Assembly: GCA_963526615.1 (NCBI GenBank) | Contig: CAUROF010000002.1 | Span: forward strand, 19,462 to 83,461 | DNA from: an uncultured Fusobacterium sp. | GTDB lineage: Bacteria > Fusobacteriota > Fusobacteriia > Fusobacteriales > Fusobacteriaceae | DNA: 64,000 nucleotides | Reading direction: 5' to 3' | In this document: one piece after another, positions 30,513 to 40,476 of the stretch | Layout: each line of letters starts with the position of its first letter | Numbering within the stretch: position 1 is the stretch's first letter | Translations under genes and position numbers: made by a program | The notes under the pieces: generated by a model | What the model saw: only the letters and a program-made list of their open reading frames with translations | What the model was told of the DNA's origin: nothing | The model's database searches: none

Positions 30513-30712
30513 AAAAAATTACCTCCTACAAAATTAAAATAAATTATTTTTATCTTAAATTAATATATAATGCTTTTATTAAATACATCTTAACATATAT
30601 AATATATTTTTTATAGTAAATTTTTTAAAAGTTTATAAAAAAATTAAAGATTTTAATTTTCTATAATTTATGGTAAAATATTAAAGATTATGATAGTAAA
30701 TAGAGGTAAAAA

Positions 30713-31315
30713 ATGAAACAATTGTTAGTAATGATTTTAATCTCTGGTGCAATAGGTTGGATAACAAATTGGGTTGCTATAAAAATGTTATTTAGACCAC
30801 ATAAAGAAATAAATTTTGGTTTATTTAAAATACAAGGTTTAATTCCTAAAAGAAGGGCAGAGATAGGAAGTGGAATTGCAAATATTATTCAAAATGAATT
30901 AATTTCAGTAAAAGATGTTATTTCAAACATTGATAGAGAAGAATTTTCTAAAAGATTAAACAGTCTAATAGATGAAGTGCTAGATAAGAATTTAAAGAAA
31001 AAAGTGAAAGAAAAATTTCCACTTTTGCAGATGTTTTTTACTGATAAAGTAGCAAAAGATGTTGGAAATACTATAAAAGATATAGTTATGGAAAATCAAG
31101 AAAAGATATTTGAAATTTTTTCTAACTATGCAGAAGAAAATATTGATTTTGAAGTCATAATTTCAGATAAAATTTCAAATTTTTCTTTGGATAAATTAGA
31201 GGAAATAATAACTCTTTTAGCAAAAAAAGAATTAAAGCATATTGAAGTTATAGGTGCTATATTGGGTATGTTAATTGGAGCAGTACAATATTTAATTACT
31301 TTAATAATAAAATAA
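30713..31315 (+). CDS. DUF445-family membrane protein
   Basis: N-terminal GAIGWITNWVAIKMLFRPHKE and a C-terminal TM segment are typical of DUF445 (YheB-like). Confidence 0.6.
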   Translation: MKQLLVMILISGAIGWITNWVAIKMLFRPHKEINFGLFKIQGLIPKRRAEIGSGIANIIQNELISVKDVISNIDREEFSKRLNSLIDEVLDKNLKKKVKEKFPLLQMFFTDKVAKDVGNTIKDIVMENQEKIFEIFSNYAEENIDFEVIISDKISNFSLDKLEEIITLLAKKELKHIEVIGAILGMLIGAVQYLITLIIK

Positions 31316-31324
31316 GAATGTAAT

Positions 31325-31529
31325 AAAAAATAGTTCATTGCTAGCTAAATTTCTTAACGATAAAAATTAACATTTGCATCATAAGAAACTCTAAGCAATA
31401 AATTGCTAAGTGTTTCTAAGAAATTCAGCAAACTTGCCAACAAGTTGGCTTCAAACAAGCTGAGATTTGTTCGGCTCACTTGCTTTAATTTTTCATCTAA
31501 AATTTAGAGTGCAAGTTCACTTATTTTTT
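31325..31529 (+). ncRNA. Candidate structured RNA / repeat: ~205-nt rod-like element with a three-hairpin head
   Basis: Nested complementary blocks: AAAAAATAG/CTTATTTTTT, TTGC/GCAA, CTAAATTT/AAATTTAG, and GATAAAAATTAA/TTAATTTTT(C)ATC. They enclose the hairpins AGAAACTCTAAGCAAT..ATTGCTAAGTGTTTCT and GCCAAC..GTTGGC. The element ends in a T-run and has no ORF. Strand is uncertain. Confidence 0.3.
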
Positions 31530-31581
31530 ATCTACATTACATTATAGTAATTAAATTTTGTAAAAGTTTAAGAGGTGGATT

Positions 31582-32598
31582 GTGGAAAGAATTATAAGTG
31601 AACTTGAAATGCCTAACGAGGTTGAAATTCAGAAATCATTAAGACCTAAAAGTTTTGATGAGTATATAGGACAAGAAAATTTAAAAGAAAAGATGAGCAT
31701 TTCAATAAAGGCTGCCCAAAAAAGAAATATGGTGGTAGATCATATTTTACTTTATGGGCCACCTGGATTGGGAAAAACAACACTGGCAGGTGTTATTGCA
31801 AATGAAATGAAAGCAAATTTAAAAATAACATCAGGACCTATACTAGAAAAAGCAGGAGATTTAGCAGCAATTTTAACTTCATTGGAAGAAAATGATATTT
31901 TATTTATAGATGAAATACATAGACTTAACAGTACAGTAGAAGAAATTTTGTATCCTGCTATGGAAGATGGAGAACTTGATATAATTATAGGAAAAGGACC
32001 TTCTGCAAAATCAATAAGAATTGAGCTACCACCTTTCACATTAATAGGAGCTACTACAAGAGCAGGACTTTTAAGTGCACCTTTAAGAGATAGATTTGGT
32101 GTCAGTCATAAGATGGAGTATTACAATGAAAATGAAATTAAGTCTATTATTATAAGAGGAGCAAAAATTTTAGGGGTAAAAATCAATGAAGATGGAGCAA
32201 TAGAAATTTCAAAAAGAAGCAGAGGAACTCCAAGAATAGCAAATAGACTTTTAAAGAGAGTCAGAGATTATTGTGAAATTAAAGGAAACGGAACAATAGA
32301 TAAGTTGAGTGCTAAAAATGCCTTGGATATGTTAGGTGTTGATGGCAATGGTTTAGATGATTTGGATAGAAATATTATTAACTCCATAATTGAAAACTAT
32401 GATGGAGGACCTGTTGGTATTGAAACTCTATCTCTTTTATTAGGAGAAGATAGAAGAACTTTGGAAGAAGTTTATGAACCATATTTGGTAAAAATTGGAT
32501 TTTTAAAAAGAACAAATAGAGGTAGAGTAGTAACTCCCAAAGCATATCAACACTTTAAGAAAGTTGAGGTAAAAGATGAAAATAAACACGAAAGTTAG
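31582..32598 (+). CDS. ruvB: Holliday junction branch-migration helicase RuvB
   Basis: GPPGLGKTT Walker A, FIDEIHRL Walker [15 protein letters not shown] start after AGAGGTGG. Confidence 0.95.
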   Translation: MERIISELEMPNEVEIQKSLRPKSFDEYIGQENLKEKMSISIKAAQKRNMVVDHILLYGPPGLGKTTLAGVIANEMKANLKITSGPILEKAGDLAAILTSLEENDILFIDEIHRLNSTVEEILYPAMEDGELDIIIGKGPSAKSIRIELPPFTLIGATTRAGLLSAPLRDRFGVSHKMEYYNENEIKSIIIRGAKILGVKINEDGAIEISKRSRGTPRIANRLLKRVRDYCEIKGNGTIDKLSAKNALDMLGVDGNGLDDLDRNIINSIIENYDGGPVGIETLSLLLGEDRRTLEEVYEPYLVKIGFLKRTNRGRVVTPKAYQHFKKVEVKDENKHES

Positions 32599-33001
32599 GT
32601 ATGGTCTGAAAGCACTGGCATATATTGCTGAAAATTCAACTGATAAAAAATTAGTTAGAATTAAAGAAATATCAGAAGATCAAGATATATCAGTTCAATA
32701 TTTAGAACAGATACTTTTTAAGTTGAAAAATGAAAATATTATTGAAGGAAAAAGGGGACCAACAGGAGGATATAAATTAGCAACAGAACCTAAGGAAATA
32801 GACTTATATATGATTTATAAAATCCTAGATGATGAAGAAAAAGTTATAGATTGTAATGAGATGGGAGAAGGTAAAACACATAGCTGTAATGAAGCAGGTT
32901 GTGGGGATACTTGTATTTGGAGTAAGCTTGATAACGCTATGACAAAGATTTTATCAGAAACAACTTTACAAGATTTTATTAACAATGGAAAAAGGATATA
33001 G
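32576..33001 (+). CDS. Rrf2-family transcriptional regulator (Cys-cluster type)
   Basis: [19 protein letters not shown]-terminus and a C-x4-C-x3-C group ([12 protein letters not shown]). It overlaps the ruvB 3' end by 23 nt. Confidence 0.8.
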   Translation: MKINTKVRYGLKALAYIAENSTDKKLVRIKEISEDQDISVQYLEQILFKLKNENIIEGKRGPTGGYKLATEPKEIDLYMIYKILDDEEKVIDCNEMGEGKTHSCNEAGCGDTCIWSKLDNAMTKILSETTLQDFINNGKRI

Positions 33002-33012
33002 GGGTACAGAAA

Positions 33013-33720
33013 TTGTTAAGTGTTGTTGTAACAGAAGTTTATGATGATTATATTTTAGTTGTTGATATAGGTGATATAAATCATATAAAAAATGTTTTTA
33101 GAAAAGTAAAGGGAGATAAAATCAGAGCTGTTGATGGAGCTAATGAGTATCTTTGTGAAATAGAAAAAATTGATGAGAAAGAAATTAAACTAAAAATTTT
33201 AGAAAAAACAGAAGATAAATTTTCCTTAGATATAGAAGTAGATGCAGGTATTTCAATATTAAAAGGAGATAAAATGGATTTGACTATTCAAAAATTAACT
33301 GAATTAGGAATAAACAAAATTATCCCAATTTCAGTCAAAAGATGTGTAGTCAAATTGGATAAGAAAAAAGATAGGTGGGATATAATTTCAAAGGAAGCAT
33401 TAAAACAATGTCAAGGAGTTGTTCCCACAGTTATTGATGAAATAAAAAAAATTGACAAATTAAATTTTAAAGATTATGATTTAATTTTGGTTCCTTATGA
33501 GAATGAGAAAAAAATATTTATAAAAGAAATTCTTAGAAATTTAAAAGTAAAGCCAACTAAAATTCTGTATATAATAGGAGCAGAAGGTGGCTTTGAAAAG
33601 GAAGAAATTGATTATTTAAAAGAAAATGGAGCTAAAATAATAAGTCTTGGAAAAAGAATATTAAGGGCAGAAACAGCAGCAATAGTGACAGGAGGAGTAA
33701 TAATAAATGAGTTTTTCTAA
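33013..33720 (+). CDS. rsmE: 16S rRNA (uracil1498-N3)-methyltransferase
   Basis: PUA-like N-terminus, QKLTELGINKIIP, GAEGGF..E and LRAETAAI motifs. TTG start. Confidence 0.8.
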   Translation: MLSVVVTEVYDDYILVVDIGDINHIKNVFRKVKGDKIRAVDGANEYLCEIEKIDEKEIKLKILEKTEDKFSLDIEVDAGISILKGDKMDLTIQKLTELGINKIIPISVKRCVVKLDKKKDRWDIISKEALKQCQGVVPTVIDEIKKIDKLNFKDYDLILVPYENEKKIFIKEILRNLKVKPTKILYIIGAEGGFEKEEIDYLKENGAKIISLGKRILRAETAAIVTGGVIINEFF

Positions 33721-35014
33721 AAAAGTTGCTTTTCATACCCTAGGTTGTAAGGTCAATCAATATGAAACAGAAAGTATAAAAAATCAACTTATTAAAAGAG
33801 GATATGAAGAAGTTCCTTTTGAAGATAAATCAGATATATACATAATAAATTCTTGTACTGTTACAAGTATAGCAGATAGAAAAACTAGAAACATGCTAAG
33901 GAGAGCTAAAAAAATAAATCCTGATGCTAAGGTTATAGTTACAGGTTGCTATGCACAGACAAATAGTAGAGAAATTTTAGAAATAGAAGATGTAGATTTT
34001 GTTATAGATAATAAAAATAAAAGTAATATAGTGAACTTTGTGGGAGCTATTGAAGATATAAGTTTTGAAAGAGAAAAAAATGGAAATATTTTTCAGGAAA
34101 AGGAGTATCAGGAATATGAATTTGCTACTCTTAGAGAGATGACAAGAGCCTATGTAAAAATTCAAGATGGCTGTAACCATTTTTGTTCATATTGTAAGAT
34201 ACCTTTTGCTAGGGGAAAAAGTAGATCAAGAAAAAAAGAAAACATCTTAAAAGAAATAGAAAAATTGGTAGAAGATGGTTTTAAAGAAGTAATACTAATT
34301 GGAATAGATTTAAGTGCCTATGGAGAAGATTTTGAAGAAAAAGATAGTTTTGAGTCTTTACTTGAAGCAATTTTAAAAGTTAAAGATTTAAAAAGGGTTA
34401 GAATAGGTTCTGTTTATCCTGATAAAATAACAGATAGATTTGTAGAACTATTTAAAAATAAAAATTTAATGCCTCATCTTCACATATCTTTACAGTCTTG
34501 TGATGATACAGTTTTAAAGAACATGAGAAGGAATTATGGAAGTTCACTTATAAGGGAAAGTTTATTAAAACTAAAATCTAAGGTAAAAAATATGGAATTT
34601 ACAGCAGATGTAATAGTAGGTTTTCCTAAGGAAGATGAAACTATGTTCCAAAATACATATGATGTTATAAAAGAAATAGAATTTTCTGGTTTACATATTT
34701 TCCAATATTCAGATAGAGAAGGAACTATTGCAAGTAATATGGATGGAAAAGTAGAGGCTAAAACTAAGAAACAAAGGGCTGATAGATTAGATAATTTAAA
34801 ACAAGAAATGATACTGAATAGCAGGAAAAAATATTTAGAAAAGAACTTAGAAGTTTTAGTTGAAGAAGAAAAAGATGGAGAATATTTTGGTTATTCTCAA
34901 AATTATTTAAGAGTTAAATTTAAGTCAAATGAAAAAAATCTTGTAAATAAATTAATAAATGTAAAAATAAAATGTGTAGAAAATGATATATTAATTGGTG
35001 AAAAGGAGATGTAA
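33707..35014 (+). CDS. mtaB: MiaB-like radical-SAM methylthiotransferase (tRNA t6A37 methylthiotransferase)
   Basis: UPF0004 N-domain with FHTLGCKVNQYE, radical SAM CNHFCSYC, and a C-terminal TRAM-like region. The rsmE-mtaB order matches that in Firmicutes. Confidence 0.8.
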   Translation: MSFSKKVAFHTLGCKVNQYETESIKNQLIKRGYEEVPFEDKSDIYIINSCTVTSIADRKTRNMLRRAKKINPDAKVIVTGCYAQTNSREILEIEDVDFVIDNKNKSNIVNFVGAIEDISFEREKNGNIFQEKEYQEYEFATLREMTRAYVKIQDGCNHFCSYCKIPFARGKSRSRKKENILKEIEKLVEDGFKEVILIGIDLSAYGEDFEEKDSFESLLEAILKVKDLKRVRIGSVYPDKITDRFVELFKNKNLMPHLHISLQSCDDTVLKNMRRNYGSSLIRESLLKLKSKVKNMEFTADVIVGFPKEDETMFQNTYDVIKEIEFSGLHIFQYSDREGTIASNMDGKVEAKTKKQRADRLDNLKQEMILNSRKKYLEKNLEVLVEEEKDGEYFGYSQNYLRVKFKSNEKNLVNKLINVKIKCVENDILIGEKEM

Positions 35015-35017
35015 TTT

Positions 35018-36001
35018 ATGGCAACCAAAAAAAAGAAGAAGAAAAAAGGGCGTGCACCTGTACTTGTAATAGTCTTAACAATAATTTTATCTATTCTTTT
35101 ATATTTTAATTTTAGAGGAAATAATATAAAATTATCAAAAGATGAAAGAGTATTGATTATAGGAAAGCAAAATTTATATGCAGTATATGAAGATAAATTA
35201 GCAGTAAAGATACCTTTTGAGCTTTATATTGATAGTGATGAAACAGTTGAAGATTTGGTGGATAGCCAAAATTATGAAAATGTCTTAGAAAAGATAAATG
35301 CTATTGTACCTGAAAAACTTACAAGATACACAGTTATAAAGAGTGGAGAAATAAAATTAGATGTAGAAAATGCAAAAAATATCCCTGAAACAAATATAGG
35401 TGACAGAAGATATATATTGACTTCAAGTGTTTATGCTATGTTTAAAGATTTATACCATGAAAAGAATACTGTTGATGAACTAAATGAAAATATCTTAGTT
35501 GATGTATTAAATGCCAATGGTATAGGTGGTTATGCAAGAAAGACAGGAGAGCTAATTAAAACTAGTTTAGGTATGAAATATAATGCTGCTAACTATGAAA
35601 CTACACAAGATCAAAGTTACGTAATTTTAAATGACATATCTAAGGAAAAAGCAGCTGAAATATTGGATAAATTACCAGAAAAATATTTTAAAATAAAAAG
35701 TAAATCATCAATTCCAACTTTGGCAAATATAGTTGTTATAATTGGAAGTGAAAAACAAATTAATTTTAAAATAGATATTTATGCTAACCAAGAAAAAATA
35801 AAAGAAGCCAGTGAAAAAATAAAAGCAATAGGATATGGAAATATAAGTAGTTTACCAGAAAAAGAAGATACAGAGCAATCTATTATAGAATATAATAAAG
35901 AGGATTATTTTATAGCATTAAAGATTGCGAAAGCCTTAGGAATCACAGATATGGTTGAAAATAGTGACTTAGAAAATAAAATAGGTATAACTATAAAGTA
36001 G
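35018..36001 (+). CDS. Membrane-anchored LytR_C (LytR/CpsA/Psr C-terminal) domain protein
   Basis: Poly-Lys N-terminus plus a TM segment. VDVLNANGIGGYARKTGELIK is the LytR_C-type motif. Confidence 0.5.
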   Translation: MATKKKKKKKGRAPVLVIVLTIILSILLYFNFRGNNIKLSKDERVLIIGKQNLYAVYEDKLAVKIPFELYIDSDETVEDLVDSQNYENVLEKINAIVPEKLTRYTVIKSGEIKLDVENAKNIPETNIGDRRYILTSSVYAMFKDLYHEKNTVDELNENILVDVLNANGIGGYARKTGELIKTSLGMKYNAANYETTQDQSYVILNDISKEKAAEILDKLPEKYFKIKSKSSIPTLANIVVIIGSEKQINFKIDIYANQEKIKEASEKIKAIGYGNISSLPEKEDTEQSIIEYNKEDYFIALKIAKALGITDMVENSDLENKIGITIK

Positions 36002-36011
36002 AAGATGTAAA

Positions 36012-36434
36012 ATGACAGTAATTATAATATCTTTAATTTTAATTTTTATAGGAAATAGTCTGCCATTAGATGGAGTTTTAGTAGGAATAACTCTTCCATT
36101 TATAACTTTTATAATTGGAAAAAGAAGAAGTTTATTTTTTATCTTTTTAGCTTGGCTTTTATTTTCTTTACAAACTGATAAATACTCATTTAATCTTTTA
36201 GTGATGTCACTATTTGGATTTTTAAATTTTTTATTATTTTGTTATGTAGAATATGATAGAAGAAGTATTTTTTATTTAATTCCATTGGACATAATATTCT
36301 ATTTATTAATAGTGTACAAAAGTTTTTATAGTGGAATTGATATAAAATATTTAATAATAAATATAATCAGTTTTTTCATTTTAAATTATTTTTATACTAA
36401 TAGAAAGAACAAAAGGAAAATAGATGAAGCTTAA
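36012..36434 (+). CDS. Small polytopic membrane protein, possibly MreD-like
   Basis: 140 aa with 4-5 TM segments. Its 3' end overlaps the start of the PBP2 gene by 11 nt. The call is by position only. Confidence 0.3.
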   Translation: MTVIIISLILIFIGNSLPLDGVLVGITLPFITFIIGKRRSLFFIFLAWLLFSLQTDKYSFNLLVMSLFGFLNFLLFCYVEYDRRSIFYLIPLDIIFYLLIVYKSFYSGIDIKYLIINIISFFILNYFYTNRKNKRKIDEA

Positions 36435-38397
36435 TAGATACAAAAATAATGATGTAATACTGGGAGATAAAAGAAATGGTAGAGAGATAGTATTTAAAAT
36501 AATAGTTTTCTTATGTTTTTTAATACTTTTTTTAAGATTGTTATATCTTCAAGTTTTACAAGGAAATGAATTTTCATATTTGGCAGAAAGAAACCAATAT
36601 AAATTAGTAAAAATAGATTCACCCAGAGGGAAAATTTTTGATTCAAAAAATAGATTAGTTGTAACAAATGGTACAGGTTACAGACTTATTTATTCTTTGG
36701 GAAGAGAAGAAAATGAAGAATATATAAAAGAAATTGCAAAATTGACAGATAAGACAGAAGAAGTTGTTAGAAAAAGAATTAAGTATGGAGAAATATTTCC
36801 ATACACAAAGGATAATGTACTTTTTGAAGATTTAGATGAAGAAAAAGCACATAGAATAATAGAAATTGTAAATAATTATCCATATTTAGAAGTACAAGTT
36901 TATTCAAAAAGGAAATATTTGTATGATACAGTAGCCTCTCATACAATAGGTTATGTTAAGAAAATTTCTGAAAAAGAGTATGAAGCTTTAAAAGAAGAAG
37001 GTTATACTCCAAGAGATATGATAGGGAAATTAGGAATAGAAAAAACCTATGATGATATTTTGAGAGGAAGAAATGGTTTTAAATATATAGAAGTAAATGC
37101 ATTAAATAAAATAGAAAGAGAAGTAGAAAAAGTAAAAAGTCCTATTGTTGGTAAGAATTTATATATGGGTATAAATATGGAATTACAACAATATATGGAA
37201 GAAGAGTTTGAAAAAGATGGTAGAAGTGGTTCATTTGTAGCATTGAATCCAAAAACAGGTGAAATAATAACTATTGTAAGTTATCCAACTTATTCATTGA
37301 ATACTTTTAGTTCACAAATTTCACCAGAGGAATGGAATTCTATATCAAATGATCCAAGAAAGATTCTGACAAACAAGACTATTGCTGGGGAATATCCTCC
37401 CGGTTCAACATTCAAAATGCTATCTGCTATTGCCTTTTTAAAAAGTGGAATAGATCCTAAATTAAAATATAATGACTACACAGGTTATTATCAAATAGGA
37501 AATTGGAAATGGAGAGCTTGGAAAAGAGGAGGACATGGAGCAACAGATATGAAGAAATCTCTTGTTGAGTCAGCTAATACTTACTACTATAAGTTTTCTG
37601 ATCAAATTGGTTATGCACCAATAGTAAAAACAGCAAGAGATTTTGGATTAGGAGATGTATCTGGAATAGATGTTCCTGGTGAAAAGAAAGGGATTATTCC
37701 TGATCCAGATTGGAAAAAGAAAAGAACAAAGACTGTTTGGTATAGAGGAGATACTATACTTCTTTCAATAGGACAAGGTTTTACACTTGTAACACCAATT
37801 CAATTAGCAAAAGCATATACATTTTTAGCTAATAAAGGTTGGGCTTATGAGCCACATGTAGTATCAAAAATAGAAGATTTACAGACTGGGAAAATAGAAA
37901 TAGTTAGTACTAAAAAAACTGTTTTAGAAGATTATCCAGAATCATATTATGATATTATAAATGATGCATTAATAGCAACTGTTGATCAAAATAATGGAAC
38001 AACAAGAATAATGAGAAATCCTTATGTAAAAGTTGCAGCAAAAAGTGGTTCAGCACAAAATCCACATTCTAAATTGACACATGCTTGGGTAGCAGGATAT
38101 TTTCCAGCTGATAAAGAACCTGAGGTTGTTTTTGTGTGCCTATTAGAAGGAGCAGGTGGAGGAGGAGTAATGGCTGGAGGAATGGCTAAAAGATTTTTAG
38201 ATAAATATCTAGAAGTTGAAAAAGGTATAGTTCCTGTTCAAAATACTCCACATACAGAACCTAAAACTACTAATTCTACTATTCAAACAAATGGAAATCA
38301 AGAGAATGAAAGTTCAGGGGAAGGAGTAGGAGAAGAAAGAGAAAATGAAGAAAGAGAAACAGGGGAAACAAGTACAAGTGAAGGAGAACAAAATTAG
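36424..38397 (+). CDS. mrdA: Penicillin-binding protein 2 (elongasome transpeptidase)
   Basis: PBP dimerisation domain, SxxK (PGSTFK), SxN and KSG(S) transpeptidase motifs. It has a C-terminal acidic low-complexity tail. Confidence 0.9.
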   Translation: MKLNRYKNNDVILGDKRNGREIVFKIIVFLCFLILFLRLLYLQVLQGNEFSYLAERNQYKLVKIDSPRGKIFDSKNRLVVTNGTGYRLIYSLGREENEEYIKEIAKLTDKTEEVVRKRIKYGEIFPYTKDNVLFEDLDEEKAHRIIEIVNNYPYLEVQVYSKRKYLYDTVASHTIGYVKKISEKEYEALKEEGYTPRDMIGKLGIEKTYDDILRGRNGFKYIEVNALNKIEREVEKVKSPIVGKNLYMGINMELQQYMEEEFEKDGRSGSFVALNPKTGEIITIVSYPTYSLNTFSSQISPEEWNSISNDPRKILTNKTIAGEYPPGSTFKMLSAIAFLKSGIDPKLKYNDYTGYYQIGNWKWRAWKRGGHGATDMKKSLVESANTYYYKFSDQIGYAPIVKTARDFGLGDVSGIDVPGEKKGIIPDPDWKKKRTKTVWYRGDTILLSIGQGFTLVTPIQLAKAYTFLANKGWAYEPHVVSKIEDLQTGKIEIVSTKKTVLEDYPESYYDIINDALIATVDQNNGTTRIMRNPYVKVAAKSGSAQNPHSKLTHAWVAGYFPADKEPEVVFVCLLEGAGGGGVMAGGMAKRFLDKYLEVEKGIVPVQNTPHTEPKTTNSTIQTNGNQENESSGEGVGEERENEERETGETSTSEGEQN

Positions 38398-40219
38398 CAT
38401 TCATGATAAAATAATGAGTATAAAAGATGATGTTCTAAATTTAAAAAGTAAAAAATCAAAGAATAAAATAGCTAAAAAATTAACAGAAAAAGCAAAAAAA
38501 ATAGAAGTAACTCAAAATAATGCTAAAAAGGCAAAAGCTTCAAAAAAAGATTTAGATAAAATGTATGTTATTCCATTAGGTGGTTTAGAAGAAGTTGGAA
38601 AAAACTGTACTATAATTCAGTATAAAGATGAAATAATTATTGTAGATGCAGGAGCAATATTCCCAGATGAAAATCTACCTGGTATAGACTTGGTAATTCC
38701 AGATTATACCTTTTTAGAAAACAATAAGTCTAAGGTAAAAGGACTATTTGTAACTCACGGACATGAAGACCATATTGGTGGAATCCCTTATCTATATGAA
38801 AAAATAGAAAAAGATACTGTAATCTATGGTGGAAAATTAACAAATGCTTTAATAAAATCTAAATTTGAAAATTTTGGTGTAAAAAAAGATTTGCCAAGAA
38901 TGGTTGAAGTTGGTTCAAGAAGTAAAGTGAGTGTAGGAAAATATTTTACAGTTGAATTTGTAAAAGTAACACATTCAATAGCAGATTCATATTCTTTATC
39001 TGTAAAAACACCAGCAGGACATGTATTTTTAACGGGAGATTTTAAAATAGATTTAACTCCTGTTGATAATGAAAAAGTTGATTTTATGAGATTATCAGAA
39101 TTAGGAGAAGAAGGAGTAGATTTAATGTTATCAGACTCAACTAACTCTGAGGTTGAAGGTTTTACTCCCTCTGAAAGAAGTGTTGGAGATGCTTTTAGAC
39201 AAGAATTTCAAAAAGCTACTGGAAGAATAGTTGTAGCAGTGTTTGCTTCACATGTTCATAGAATACAACAAATTATAGATACAGCAGCACAATTTAAAAG
39301 AAAAATTGCTATTGATGGAAGAAGTTTATTAAAAGTATTTGAAATAGCACCTAGTGTAGGAAGATTAACCATACCTGAAAATTTACTTATTCCTATCTCA
39401 TCAGTTGATAAGTATGATGATGATGAAATTGTAATATTATGTACAGGAACACAAGGAGAACCACTAGCAGCACTTTCAAGGATAGCTAAAAATATGCATA
39501 AACATATAGCTTTAAGAGAAGGAGATACTGTAATAATTTCATCTACTCCTATACCAGGAAATGAAAAAGCTGTTTCAACTAATATAAATAATATTTTAAA
39601 ATATGATGTTGATTTAGTTTTTAAGAAGATAGCAGGTATACATGTATCAGGACATGGAAGTAAAGAAGAACAAAAATTGATGTTAAATCTAATAAATCCA
39701 AAACACTTTATGCCAGTTCATGGTGAGTATAGAATGCTTAAAGCACATATGAGATCGGCTATTGAAACAGGAGTACCAAAAGATAAGATTCTTTTAACTC
39801 AAAATGGAGATAAAGTTGAAGTTACAAGAGAATATGCAAAAATAAATGGTAAAGTAAATTCTGGTGAAATTTTAGTTGATGGTTTAAGTGTTGGAGATAT
39901 TGGAAGTAAAGTTATAAAAGATAGACAACAACTATCAGAAGATGGTATAGTAATAGTTGCTTATTCTATTGATAAAAATACAGGAAAAATAGTTTCAGGA
40001 CCTGAAATGTCAACAAAAGGTTTTGTATATTATAAAGATTCAGAAGATACTATAAAAGAGGCACAAGATTTATTAGGTAAAAAAATAAGTAAAAATGAAA
40101 CTTATTTAGGTAGAGATTGGGCAGATTTAAAAGGAAATGTAAGAGATTTATTATCAAGATTTTTCTATGAAAAATTAAAAAGAAATCCAATAATTTTACC
40201 TATGTTGTTAGAAATATAA
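38345..40219 (+). CDS. rnj: Ribonuclease J
   Basis: GGLEEVGKNC, HGHEDHIGG metallo-beta-lactamase motif, beta-CASP and C-terminal domains. The canonical core begins at MYVIPLGG (38561). Alternative starts at 38345 or 38414 would add a Lys-rich extension of up to 72 aa. Confidence 0.9.
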   Translation: MKKEKQGKQVQVKENKISIHDKIMSIKDDVLNLKSKKSKNKIAKKLTEKAKKIEVTQNNAKKAKASKKDLDKMYVIPLGGLEEVGKNCTIIQYKDEIIIVDAGAIFPDENLPGIDLVIPDYTFLENNKSKVKGLFVTHGHEDHIGGIPYLYEKIEKDTVIYGGKLTNALIKSKFENFGVKKDLPRMVEVGSRSKVSVGKYFTVEFVKVTHSIADSYSLSVKTPAGHVFLTGDFKIDLTPVDNEKVDFMRLSELGEEGVDLMLSDSTNSEVEGFTPSERSVGDAFRQEFQKATGRIVVAVFASHVHRIQQIIDTAAQFKRKIAIDGRSLLKVFEIAPSVGRLTIPENLLIPISSVDKYDDDEIVILCTGTQGEPLAALSRIAKNMHKHIALREGDTVIISSTPIPGNEKAVSTNINNILKYDVDLVFKKIAGIHVSGHGSKEEQKLMLNLINPKHFMPVHGEYRMLKAHMRSAIETGVPKDKILLTQNGDKVEVTREYAKINGKVNSGEILVDGLSVGDIGSKVIKDRQQLSEDGIVIVAYSIDKNTGKIVSGPEMSTKGFVYYKDSEDTIKEAQDLLGKKISKNETYLGRDWADLKGNVRDLLSRFFYEKLKRNPIILPMLLEI

Positions 40220-40235
40220 ATTAATATTAAAATAA

Positions 40236-40389
40236 TTTTTCTTGAAATAAAATTGTATAAAATTATTATTAATATATACAACTACTTGCTAGCCTATAAT
40301 GTTTCAGTAGCTTCAAAATGCTTCTTCAACATTATAGGACATCGCAGTAGTTTCATTTAAATATTATTTTATTATTTTTTCAAGAAAAA
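40236..40389. repeat. ~154-nt imperfect long inverted repeat (rod-like hairpin); candidate sRNA or MITE-like element
   Basis: Outer arms TTTTTCTTGAA (40236-40246) / TTCAAGAAAAA (40379-40389). Inner arms AACTACT-TGC-TAGC-CTATAATGTT / AACATTATAGG-ACATC-GCA-GTAGTT around a 24-nt loop. Confidence 0.4.
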
Positions 40390-40476
40390 TTTTAATTTAT
40401 TAATTCTAATAATCTAAAATGTAACTTACTTATTTTTATGATACTAAGTTAATAAAGTAGTAGATGAGGGAGAAAT

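Noticed and set aside
40400-40450. AACTTACTTATTTTTATGATACTAAGTT upstream of yhbY, and GATACTAT at about 62975. Both share GATACTA with the HxlR boxes.
   Set aside because: The GTAAGTA half is missing, or it is on the wrong strand with the wrong spacing (off by one, AGAAT instead of AGATA). TGATACTA(A/T) also reads as an extended -10 promoter element, which is the simpler explanation here.
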